Shown: positions 24,465-36,343 of the stretch, in pieces
How positions within the stretch are numbered: position 1 is the first letter of the stretch
Layout of the letters: every line of letters begins with the position of its first letter
Assembly (NCBI GenBank): GCA_002269645.1
Contig: NIVC01003197.1
Coordinates: forward strand, 1-64,000
DNA from: Macrostomum lignano
Lineage: Eukaryota
Length of the DNA stretch: 64,000 nt
Reading direction: 5' to 3'
Translations under genes and position numbers: made by a program
The notes under the pieces: model-generated
The model's database searches: none
Seen by the model: the letters and a program-made list of their open reading frames with translations, nothing else
Told to the model about the DNA's origin: nothing

Positions 24465-27400
24465 TGGGTCTTTATCCAGCGTGATTCTGAGTTTTTACCC
24501 AACCAATTATCCAAGCCTGATTCTCGGTCTTTATCCAGCCTGATTCTGGGTCTTTATCCAGTCTGATTCTGGGTCTTTATCCAGCCTGATTCTGGGTCTT
24601 TACCCAACCAATTATCCAAGCCTGATTCTGGGTCTTTATCCAGCCTGATTCTGGGTCTTTATCCAGTCTGATTCTGGGTCTTTATCCCAGCCTGATTCTG
24701 GGTCTTTATCCAGCCTGATTCTGGGTCTTTATCCAGTCTGATTCTGGGTCTTTATCCAAGCCTGATTCTGGGTCTTTATCCAGCCTGATTCTGGGTCTTT
24801 ATCCAGCCTGATTCTGGGTCTTTATCCCAGCCTGATTCTGGGTCTTTATCCAACCTGATTCTGGGTTTTTATCCAACCAATTATCCAAGCCTGATTCTGG
24901 GTCTTTATCCGACTTAATTCTGGGTCTTTATCCAACCTGATTCTGGGTCTTTATCCAGCCTGATTCTGGGTTTTTATCCAACCAATTATCCAAGCCTGAT
25001 TCTGGGTCTTTATCCCAGCCTGATTCTGGGTCTTTATCCCAGCCTGATTCTGGGTCTTTATCCAGCCTGATTCTGAGTTTTTACCCAACCAATTATCCAA
25101 GCCTGATTCTGGGTCTTTATCCAGCCTGATTCTGGGTCTTTATCCAGTCTGATTCTGGGTCTTTATCCCAGCCTGATTCTGGGTCTTTATCCAGCCTGAT
25201 TCTGAGTTTTTACCCAACCAATTATCCAAGCCTGATTCTGGGTCTTTATCCAGCCTGATTCTGGGTCTTTATCCAGTCTGATTCTGGGTCTTTATCCCAG
25301 CCTGATTCTGGGTCTTTATCCAGCCTGATTCTGAGTTTTTACCCAACCAATTATCCAAGCCTGATTCTGGGTCTTTATCCCAGCCTGATTCTGGGTCTTT
25401 ATCCAGCCTGATTCTGGGTCTTTATCCAACCTGATTCTGGGTCTTTATCCCAGCCTGATTCTGGGTCTTTATCCAACCTGATTCTGGGTTTTTATCCAAC
25501 CAATTATCCAAGCCTGATTCTGGGTCTTTATCCGACTTAATTCTGGGTCTTTATCCAACCTGATTCTGGGTCTTTATCCCAGCCTGATTCTGGGTTTTTA
25601 TCCAACCAATTATCCAAGCCTGATTCTGGGTCTTTATCCCAGCCTGATTCTGGGTCTTTATCCAACCTGATTCTGGGTTTTTACCCAACCAATTATCCAA
25701 GCCTGATTCTGGGTCTTTATCCAGCCTGATTCTGGGTCTTTATCCAGTCTGATTCTGGGTCTTTATCCCAGCCTGATTCTGGGTCTTTATCCAACCTGAT
25801 TCTGGGTTTTTATCCAACCAATTATCCAAGTCTGATTCTGGGTCTCTATCCGACTTAATTCTGGGTCTTTATCCCAGCCTGATTCTGGGTCTTTATCCAA
25901 CCTGATTCTGGGTTTTTACCCAACCAATTATCCAAGCCTGATTCTGGGTCTTTATCCAGCCTGATTCTGGGTCTTTATCCAGTCTGATTCTGGGTCTTTA
26001 TCCCAGCCTGATTCTGGGTCTTTATCCAACCTGATTCTGGGTTTTTATCCAACCAATTATCCAAGCCTGATTCTGGGTCTCTATCCGACTTAATTCTGGG
26101 TCTTTATCCCAGCCTGATTCTGGGTCTTTATCCCAGCCTGATTCTGGGTCTTTACCCAGCCTGATTCTGGGTCTTTATCCAGCCTGTTTCTGGGTCTTTA
26201 TCCAGCCTGATTCTGGGTCTTTATCCCAGCCTGATTCTGGGTCTTTATCCAACCTGATTCTGGGTTTTTATCCAACCAATTATCCAAGCCTGATTCTGGG
26301 TCTCTATCCGACTTAATTCTGGGTCTTTATCCCAGCCTGATTCTGGGTCTTTATCCCAGCCTGATTCTGGGTCTTTACCCAGCCTGATTCTGGGTCTTTA
26401 TCCAGCCTGTTTCTGGGTCTTTATCCCAGCCTGATTCTGGGTCTTTATCCAATCTGATTCTGGGTTTTTACCCAACCAATTATCCAAGCCTGATTCTGGG
26501 TCTCTATCCGACTTAATTCTGGGTCTTTATCCCAGCCTGATTCTGGGTCTTTATCCCAGCCTGATTCTGGGTCTTTATCCCAGCCTGATTCTGGGTCTTT
26601 ACCCAGCCTGATTCTGGGTCTTTATCCCAGCCTGATTCTGGGTTTTTACCCAACCAATTATCCAAGCCTGATTCTGGGTCTTTATCCAGCCTGATTCTGG
26701 GTCTTTATCCCAGCCTGATTCTGGGTCTTTATCCCAGCCTGATTCTGGGTTTTTACCCAACCAATTATCCAAGCCTGATTCTGGGTCTTTATCCAGCCTG
26801 ATTCTGGGTCTTTATCCAACCTGATTCTGGGTTTTTATCCAACCAATTATCCAAGCCTGATTCTGGGTCTCTATCCGACTTAATTCTGGGTCTTTATCCC
26901 AGCCTGATTCTGGGTCTTTATCCAACCTGATTCTGGGTCTTTACCCAGCCTGATTCTGGGTCTTTATCCAGCCTGTTTCTGGGTCTTTATCCAGCCTGAT
27001 TCTGGGTCTTTATCCCAGCCTGATTCTGGGTCTTTATTCAACCTGATTCTGGGTTTTTATCCAACCAATTATCCAAGCCTGATTCTGGGTCTCTATCCGA
27101 CTTAATTCTGGGTCTTTATCCCAGCCTGATTCTGGATCTTTATCCAAGCCTGATTCTGGGTCTTTACCCAGCCTGATTCTGGGTCTTTATCCAGCCTGTT
27201 TCTGGTCCTTATCCAGCCTGATTCTGGGTCTTTATCCAGCCTGATTCTGGGTCTTTATCCAGCCTGATTCTGGGTCTTTATCCCAGCCTGATTCTGGGTC
27301 TTTATCCAATCTGATTCTGGTTTTTACCCAACCAATTATCCAAGCCTGATTCTGGGTCTCTATCCGACTTAATTCTGGGTCTTTATCCCAGCCTGATTCT

Positions 27401-30400
27401 GGGTCTTTATCCCAGCCTGATTCTGGGTCTTTATCCCAGCCTGATTCTGGTTCTTTATCCAGCCTGATTCTGAGTTTTTACCCAACCAATTATCCAAGCC
27501 TGATTCTGGGTCTTTACCCAGCCTGATTCTGGGTCTTTATCCAGTCTGATTCTGGGTCTTTATCCCAGCCTGATTCTGGGTCTTTATCCAGCCTGATTCT
27601 GAGTTTTTACCCAACCAATTATCCAAGCCTGATTCTGGGTCTTTATCCAGCCTGATTCTGGGTCTTTATCCAGTCTGATTCTGGGTCTTTATCCCAGCCT
27701 GATTCTGGGTCTTTATCCAGCCTGATTCTGAGTTTTTACCCAACCAATTATACAAGCCTGATTCTGGGTCTTTATCCAGCCTGATTCTGGGTCTTTATCC
27801 AGTCTGATTCTGGGTCTTTATCCAGCCTGATTCTGGGTCTTTACCCAACCAATTATCCAAGCCTGATTCTGGGTCTTTATCCAGCCTGATTCTGGGTCTT
27901 TATCCAGTCTGATTCTGGGTCTTTATCCCAGCCTGATTCTGGGTCTTTATCCAGCCTGATTCTGAGTTTTTACCCAACCAATTATCCAAGCCTGATTCTG
28001 GGTCTTTATCCAGCCTGATTCTGGGTCTTTATCCAGCCTGATTCTGGGTCTTTATCCCAGCCTGATTCTGGGTCTTTATCCAACCTGATTCTGGGTTTTT
28101 ATCCAACCAATTATCCAAGCCTGATTCTGGGTCTTTATCCGACTAAATTCTGGGTCTTTATCCAACCTGATTCTGGGTCTTTATCCCAGCCTGATTCTGG
28201 GTTTTTATCCAACCAATTATCCAAGCCTGATTCTGGGTCTTTATCCCAGCCTGATTCTGGGTCTTTATCCCAGCCTGATTCTGGGTCTTTATCCAGCCTG
28301 ATTCTGAGTTTTTACCCAACCAATTATCCAAGCCTGATTCTGGGTCTTTATCCAGCCTGATTCTGGGTCTTTATCCAGTCTGATTCTGGGTCTTTATCCC
28401 AGCCTGATTCTGGTCTTTATCCAGCCTGATTCTGAGTTTTTACCCAACCAATTATCCAAGCCTGATTCTGGGTCTTTATCCAGCCTGATTCTGGGTCTTT
28501 ATCCAGTCTGATTCTGGGTCTTTATCCCAGCCTGATTCTGGGTCTTTATCCAGCCTGATTCTGAGTTTTTACCCAACCAATTATCCAAGCCTGATTCTGG
28601 GTCTTTATCCCAGCCTGATTCTGGGTCTTTATCCAGCCTGATTCTGGGTCTTTATCCAACCTGATTCTGGGTCTTTATCCCAGCCTGATTCTGGGTCTTT
28701 ATCCAGCCTGATTCTGAGTTTTTACCCAACCAATTATCCAAGCCTGATTCTGGGTCTTTATCCCAGCCTGATTCTGGGTCTTTATCCAACCTGATTCTGG
28801 GTTTTTATCCAACCAATTATCCAAGCCTGATTCTGGGTCTTTATCCGACTTAATTCTGGGTCTTTATCCAACCTGATTCTGGGTCTTTATCCCAGCCTGA
28901 TTCTGGGTTTTTATCCAACCAATTATCCAAGCCTGATTCTGGGTCTTTATCCCAGCCTGATTCTGGGTCTTTATCCAACCTGATTCTGGGTTTTTACCCA
29001 ACCAATTATCCAAGCCTGATTCTGGGTCTTTATCCAGCCTGATTCTGGGTCTTTATCCAGTCTGATTCTGGGTCTTTATCCCAGCCTGATTCTGGGTCTT
29101 TATCCAACCTGATTCTGGGTTTTTATCCAACCAATTATCCAAGCCTGATTCTGGGTCTCTATCCGACTTAATTCTGGGTCTTTATCCCAGCCTGATTCTG
29201 GGTCTTTATCCAACCTGATTCTGGGTTTTTACCCAACCAATTATCCAAGCCTGATTCTGGGTCTTTATCCAGCCTGATTCTGGGTCTTTATCCAGTCTGA
29301 TTCTGGGTCTTTATCCCAGCCTGATTCTGGGTCTTTATCCAACCTGATTCTGGGTTTTTATCCAACCAATTATCCAAGCCTGATTCTGGGTCTCTATCCG
29401 ACTTAATTCTGGGTCTTTATCCCAGCCTGATTCTGGGTCTTTACCCAGCCTGATTCTGGGTCTTTATCCAGCCTGTTTCTAGGTCTTTATCCAGCCTGAT
29501 TCTGGGTCTTTATCCCAGCCTGATTCTGGGTCTTTAACCAACCTGATTCTGGGTTTTTATCCAACCAATTATCCAAGCCTGATTCTGGGTCTCTATCCGA
29601 CTTAATTCTGGGTCTTTATCCCAGCCTGATTCTGGGTCTTTATCCCAGCCTGATTCTGGGTCTTTACCCAGCCTGATTCTGGGTCTTTATCCAGCCTGTT
29701 TCTGGGTCTTTATCCCAGCCTGATTCTGGGTCTTTATCCAACCTGATTCTGGGTTTTTATCCAACCAATTATCCAAGCCTGATTCTGGGTCTCTATCCGA
29801 CTTAATTCTGGGTCTTTATCCCAGCCTGATTCTGGGTCTTTATCCAACCTGATTCTGGGTTTTTACCCAACCAATTATCCAAGCCTGATTCTGGGTCTTT
29901 ATCCAGCCTGATTCTGGGTCTTTATCCAGTCTGATTCTGGGTCTTTATCCCAGCCTGATTCTGGGTCTTTATCCAACCTGATTCTGGGTTTTTATCCAAC
30001 CAATTATCCAAGCCTGATTCTGGGTCTCTATCCGACTTAATTCTGGGTCTTTATCCCAGCCTGATTCTGGGTCTTTATCCCAGCCTGATTCTGGGTCTTT
30101 ACCCAGCCTGATTCTGGGTCTTTATCCAGCCTGTTTCTGGGTCTTTATCCAGCCTGATTCTGGGTCTTTATCCCAGCCTGATTCTGGTCTTTATCCAACC
30201 TGATTCTGGGTTTTTATCCAACCAATTATCCAAGCCTGATTCTGGGTCTCTATCCGACTTAATTCTGGGTCTTTATCCCAGCCTGATTCTGGGTCTTTAT
30301 CCCAGCCTGATTCTGGGTCTTTACCCAGCCTGATTCTGGGTCTTTATCCAGCCTGTTTCTGGGTCTTTATCCCAGCCTGATTCTGGGTCTTTATCCAATC

Positions 30401-33400
30401 TGATTCTGGGTTTTTACCCAACCAATTATCCAAGCCTGATTCTGGGTCTCTATCCGACTTAATTCTGGGTCTTTATCCCAGCCTGATTCTGGGTCTTTAT
30501 CCCAGCCTGATTCTGGGTCTTTATCCCAGCCTGATTCTGGGTCTTTACCCAGCCTGATTCTGGGTCTTTATCCCAGCCTGATTCTGGGTTTTTACCCAAC
30601 CAATTATCCAAGCCTGATTCTGGGTCTTTATCCAGCCTGATTCTGGGTCTTTATCCCAGCCTGATTCTGGGTCTTTATCCCAGCCTGATTCTGGGTTTTT
30701 ACCCAACCAATTATCCAAGCCTGATTCTGGTCTTTATCCAGCCTGATTCTGGGTCTTTATCCAACCTGATTCTGGGTTTTTATCCAACCAATTATCCAAG
30801 CCTGATTCTGGGTCTCTATCCGACTTAATTCTGGGTCTTTATCCCAGCCTGATTCTGGGTCTTTATCCAACCTGATTCTGGGTCTTTACCCAGCCTGATT
30901 CTGGGTCTTTATCCAGCCTGTTTCTGGGTCTTTATCCAGCCTGATTCTGGGTCTTTATCCCAGCCTGATTCTGGGTCTTTATTCAACCTGATTCTGGGTT
31001 TTTATCCAACCAATTATCCAAGCCTGATTCTGGGTCTCTATCCGACTTAATTCTGGGTCTTTATCCCAGCCTGATTCTGGATCTTTATCCAAGCCTGATT
31101 CTGGGTCTTTACCCAGCCTGATTCTGGGTCTTTATCCAGCCTGTTTCTGGGTCCTTATCCAGCCTGATTCTGGGTCTTTATCCAGCCTGATTCTGGGTCT
31201 TTATCCAGCCTGATTCTGGGTCTTTATCCCAGCCTGATTCTGGGTCTTTATCCAATCTGATTCTGGGTTTTTACCCAACCAATTATCCAAGCCTGATTCT
31301 GGGTCTCTATCCGACTTAATTCTGGGTCTTTATCCCAGCCTGATTCTGGGTCTTTATCCCAGCCTGATTCTGGGTCTTTATCCCAGCCTGATTCTGGTTC
31401 TTTATCCAGCCTGATTCTGAGTTTTTACCCAACCAATTATCCAAGCCTGATTCTGGGTCTTTATCCAGCCTGATTCTGGGTCTTTATCCAGTCTGATTCT
31501 GGGTCTTTATCCCAGCCTGATTCTGGGTCTTTATCCAGCCTGATTCTGAGTTTTTTTCCAACCAATTATCCAAGCCTGATTCTGGGTCTTTATCCAGCCT
31601 GATTCTGGGTCTTTATCCAGTCTGATTCTGGGTCTTTATCCCAGCCTGATTCTGGGTCTTTATCCAGCCTGATTCTGAGTTTTTACCCAACCAATTATCC
31701 AAGCCTGATTCTGGGTCTTTATCCAGCCTGATTCTGGGTTTTTATCCAGTCTGATTCTGGGTCTTTATCCCAGCCTGATTCTGGGTCTTTATCCAACCTG
31801 ATTCTGGGTTTTTATCCAACCAATTATCCAAGCCTGATTCTGGGTCTTTATCCGACTTAATTCTGGGTCTTTATCCAACCTGATTCTGGGTCTTTATCCC
31901 AGCCTGATTCTGGGTTTTTATCCAACCAATTATCCAAGCCTGATTCTGGGTCTTTATCCGACTTAATTCTGGGTCTTTATCCAACCTGATTCTGGGTTTT
32001 TACCCAACCAATTATCCAAGCCTGATTCTGGGTCTTTATCCAGCCTGATTCTGGGTCTTTATCCAGTCTGATTCTGGGTCTTTATCCCAGCCTGATTCTG
32101 GGTCTTTATCCAACATGATTCTGGGTTTTTATCCAACCAATTATCCAAGCCTGATTCTGGGTCTCTATCCGACTTAATTCTGGGTCTTTATCCCAGCCTG
32201 ATTCTGGATCTTTATCCAACCTGATTCTGGGTTTTTACCCAACCAATTATCCAAACCTGATTCTGGGTCTTTATCCAGCCTGATTCTGGGTCTTTATCCA
32301 GTCTGATTCTGGGTCTTTATCCCAGCCTGATTCTGGGTCTTTATCCAACCTGATTCTGGGTTTTTATCCAACCAATTATCCAAGCCTGATTCTGGGTCTC
32401 TATCCGACTTAATTCTGGGTCTTTATCCCAGCCTGATTCTGGGTCTTTATCCCAGCCTGATTCTGGGTCTTTACCCAGCCTGATTCTGGGTCTTTATCCA
32501 GCCTGTTTCTGGGTCTTTATCCAGCCTGATTCTGGGTCTTTATCCCAGCCTGATTCTGGGTCTTTATCCAACCTGATTCTGGGTTTTTATCCAACCAATT
32601 ATCCAAGCCTGATTCTGGGTCTCTATCCGACTTAATTCTGGGTCTTTATCCCAGCCTGATTCTGGGTCTTTATCCAGCCTGATTCTGGGTCTTTATCCCA
32701 GCCTGATTCTGGGTCTTTACCCAGCCTGATTCTGGGTCTTTATCCAGCCTGTTTCTGGTCCTTATCCAGCCTGATTCTGGGTCTTTATCCAGCCTGATTC
32801 TGGGTCTTTATCCAGCCTGATTCTGGGTCTTTATCCAACCTGATTCTGGGTCTTTATCCAATCTGATTCTGGGTTTTTACCCAACCAATTATCCAAGCCT
32901 GATTCTGGGTCTCTATCCGACTTAATTCTGGGTCTTTATCCCAGCCTGATTCTGGGTCTTTATCCCAGCCTGATTCTGGGTCTGTATCCCAGCCTGATTC
33001 TGGGTCTTTACCCAGCCTGATTCTGGTCTTTATCCAGCCTGTTTCTGGGTCTTTATCCAGCCTGATTCTGGGTCTTTATCCCAGCCTGATTCTGGGTCTT
33101 TATCCAACCTGATTCTGGGTTTTTACCCAACCAATTATCCAAGCCTGATTCTGGGTCTTTATCCGACTTAATTCTGGGTCTTTATCCCAGCCTGATTCTG
33201 GGTCTTTATCCCAGCCTGATTCTGGGTCTTTATCCCAGCCTGATTCTGGGTCTTTATCCCAGCCTGTTTCTGGGTCTTTATCCCAGCCTGATTCTGGGTC
33301 TTTATCCAACCTGATTCTGGGTTTTTACCCAACCAATTATCCAAGCCTGATTCTGGGTCTTTATCCAGCCTGATTCTGGGTCTTTATCCAGTCTGATTCT

Positions 33401-36006
33401 GGGTCTTTATCCCAGCCTGATTCTGGGTCTTTATCCAACCTGATTCTGGGTTTTTATCCAACCAATTATCCAAGCCTGATTCTGGGTCTCTATCCGACTT
33501 AATTCTGGGTCTTTATCCCAGCCTGATTCTGGGTCTTTATCCCAGCCTGATTCTGGGTCTTTACCCAGCCTGATTCTGGGTCTTTATCCAGCCTGTTTCT
33601 GGGTCTTTTTCCAGCCTGATTCTGGGTCTTTATCCCAGCCTGATTCTGGGTCTTTATCCAACCTGATTCTGGGTTTTTATCCAACCAATTATCCAAGCCT
33701 GATTCTGGGTCTCTATCCGACTTAATTCTGGGTCTTTATCCCAGCCTGATTCTGGGTCTTTATCCCAGCCTGATTCTGGGTCTTTATCCCAGCCTGATTC
33801 TGGGTCTTTACCCAGCCTGATTCTGGGTCTTTATCCAGCCTGTTTCTGGGTCCTTATCCAGCCTGATTCTGGGTCTTTATCCAGCCTGATTCTGGGTCTT
33901 TATCCAGCCTGATTCTGGGTCTTTATCCAACCTGATTCTGGGTCTTTATCCAATCTGATTCTGGGTTTTTACCCAACCAATTATCCAAGCCTGATTCTGG
34001 GTCTCTATCCGACTTAATTCTGGGTCTTTATCCCAGCCTGATTCTGGGTCTTTATCCCAGCCTGATTCTGGGTCTGTATCCCAGCCTGATTCTGGTTCTT
34101 TACCCAGCCTGATTCTGGGTCTTTATCCAGCCTGTTTCTGGGTCTTTATCCAGCCTGATTCTGGGTCTTTATCCCAGCCTGATTCTGGGTCTTTATCCAA
34201 CCTGATTCTGGGTTTTTACCCAACCAATTATCCAAGCCTGATTCTGGGTCTTTATCCGACTTAATTCTGGGTCTTTATCCCAGCCTGATTCTGGGTCTTT
34301 ATCCCAGCCTGATTCTGGGTCTTTATCCCAGCCTGATTCTGGGTCTTTATCCCAGCCTGTTTCTGGGTCTTTATCCCAGCCTGATTCTGGGTCTTTATCC
34401 AACCTGATTCTGGGTTTTTATCCAACCAATTATCCAAGCCTGATTCTGGGTCTTTATCGAGCCTGATTCTGGGTCTTTATCCAGTCTGATTCTGGGTCTT
34501 TATCCCAGCCTGATTCTGGGTCTTTATCCAACCTGATTCTGGGTTTTTATCCAACCAATTATCCAAGCCTGATTCTGGGTCTCTATCCGACTTAATTCTG
34601 GGTCTTTATCCCAGCCTGATTCTGGGTCTTTATCCCAGCCTGATTCTGGGTCTTTACCCAGCCTGATTCTGGGTCTTTATCCAGCCTGTTTCTGGGTCTT
34701 TATCCAGCCTGATTCTGGGTCTTTATCCCAGCCTGATTCTGGGTCTTTATCCAACCTGATTCTGGGTTTTTATCCAACCAATTATCCAAGCCTGATTCTG
34801 GGTCTCTATCCGACTTAATTCTGGGTCTTTATCCCAGCCTGATTCTGGGTCTTTATCCCAGCCTGATTCTGGGTCTTTATCCCAGCCTGATTCTGGGTCT
34901 TTACCCAGCCTGATTCTGGGTCTTTATCCAGCCTGTTTCTGGGTCCTTATCCAGCCTGATTCTGGGTCTTTATCCAGCCTGATTCTGGGTCTTTATCCCA
35001 GCCTGATTCTGGGTCTTTATCCAACCTGATTCTGGGTCTTTATCCAATCTGATTCTGGGTTTTTACCCAACCAATTATCCAAGCCTGATTCTGGGTCTCT
35101 ATCCGACTTAATTCTGGGTCTTTATCCCAGCCTGATTCTGGGTCTTTATCCCAGCCTGATTCTGGGTCTTTACCCAGCCTGATTCTGGGTCTTTATCCAG
35201 CCTGTTTCTGGGTCTTTATCCAGCCTGATTCTGGGTCTTTATCCCAGCCTGATTCTGGGTCTTTATCCAACCTGATTCTGGGTTTTTACCCAACCAATTA
35301 TCCAAGCCTGATTCTGGGTCTCTATCCGACTTAATTCTGGGTCTTTATCCCAGCCTGATTCTGGGTCTTTATCCCAGCCTGATTCTGGGTCTTTATCCCA
35401 GCCTGATTCTGGGTCTTTATCCCAGCCTGTTTCTGGGTCTTTATCCCAGCCTGATTCTGGGTCTTTATCCAACCTGATTCTGGGTCTTTATCCCAGCCTG
35501 ATTCTGGGTCTTTATCCAGCAGATTCTGGGTCTTTATCCCAGCCTGATTCTGGGTCTTTACCCAGCCTGATTCTGGGTCTTTATCCAACCTAATTCTGGG
35601 TCCTTATCCAGCCTGATTCTGGGTCTTTATCCAGCCTGATTCTGGGTCTTTATCCAGCCTGATTCTGGGTCTTTATCCCAGCCTGATTCTGGGTCTTTAT
35701 CCAATCTGATTCTGGGTTTTTACCCAACCAATTATCCAAGCCTGATTCTGGGTCTCTATCCGACTTAATTCTGGGTCTTTATCCCAGCCTGATTCTGGGT
35801 CTTTATCCCAGCCTGATTCTGGGTCTTTATCCCAGCCTGATTCTGGGTCTTTATCCCAGCCTGTTTCTGGGTCTTTATCCCAGCCTGATTCTGGGTCTTT
35901 ATCCCAGCCTGATTCTGGGTCTTTATCCCAGCCTGATTCTGGGTCTTTATCTCAGCCTGATTCTGGGTCTTTATCCCAGCCTGTTTCTGGGTCTTTATCC
36001 AATCTG
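24465..36006. repeat. 11.5 kb satellite of 23-24 bp units (CAGCCTGATTCTGGGTCTTTATC[C]) with longer variant units
   Basis: Continuous periodicity, with marker variants CCAACCAATTATCCAAG, CCGACTTAATTC and GCCTGTTTC. Lies between the XYLB 3' end and the METTL16 start. Confidence 0.97.
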
Positions 36007-36190
36007 AAGCTTAATCTCTATCTAACAAGAAGCTCTCCAATTTGATTATTTGAATCTGGGCCTCGATCCTACTTAAAGATTAGTTTCTATTTTATTCCCA
36101 ACATAAAGCTTAGCGCCTTTCTGTAACTGAAAATCAAATAAAAAATGTGGACTCTCATCACAGAAATTTATAATCAGTTCACATGCACCA

Positions 36191-36196
36191 TTTATT
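36191..36196 (-). terminator. Candidate polyadenylation signal of XYLB
   Basis: AATAAA on the minus strand ~150 nt after the XYLB stop. A second copy lies at ~36090. Confidence 0.5.
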
Positions 36197-36343
36197 GGAA
36201 AATCAGTCTAAACAAGAAAATCATCCCTAAAATCAAATAGAATTATTTACATAATTATAATGAAAGTCATGGTCCGTAGGGAAACGCTACCAGAACTTCC
36301 TATAACTAGCATTGCCAAAACTAAAATCAGCCTCTCAGCCGCA

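Noticed and set aside
24434-24514. N-terminal extension of METTL16 in the ORF track
   Set aside because: It runs into satellite sequence. Homology begins at MSMNRFMH, so 24433 (or a following Met) is preferred.
33100-35588. Short DKDPESGW/IKTQNQAG ORFs
   Set aside because: Translations of the 23-24 bp satellite.
1-36006. CRISPR-like appearance of the repeat arrays
   Set aside because: No unique spacers and no cas genes; the context is eukaryotic.
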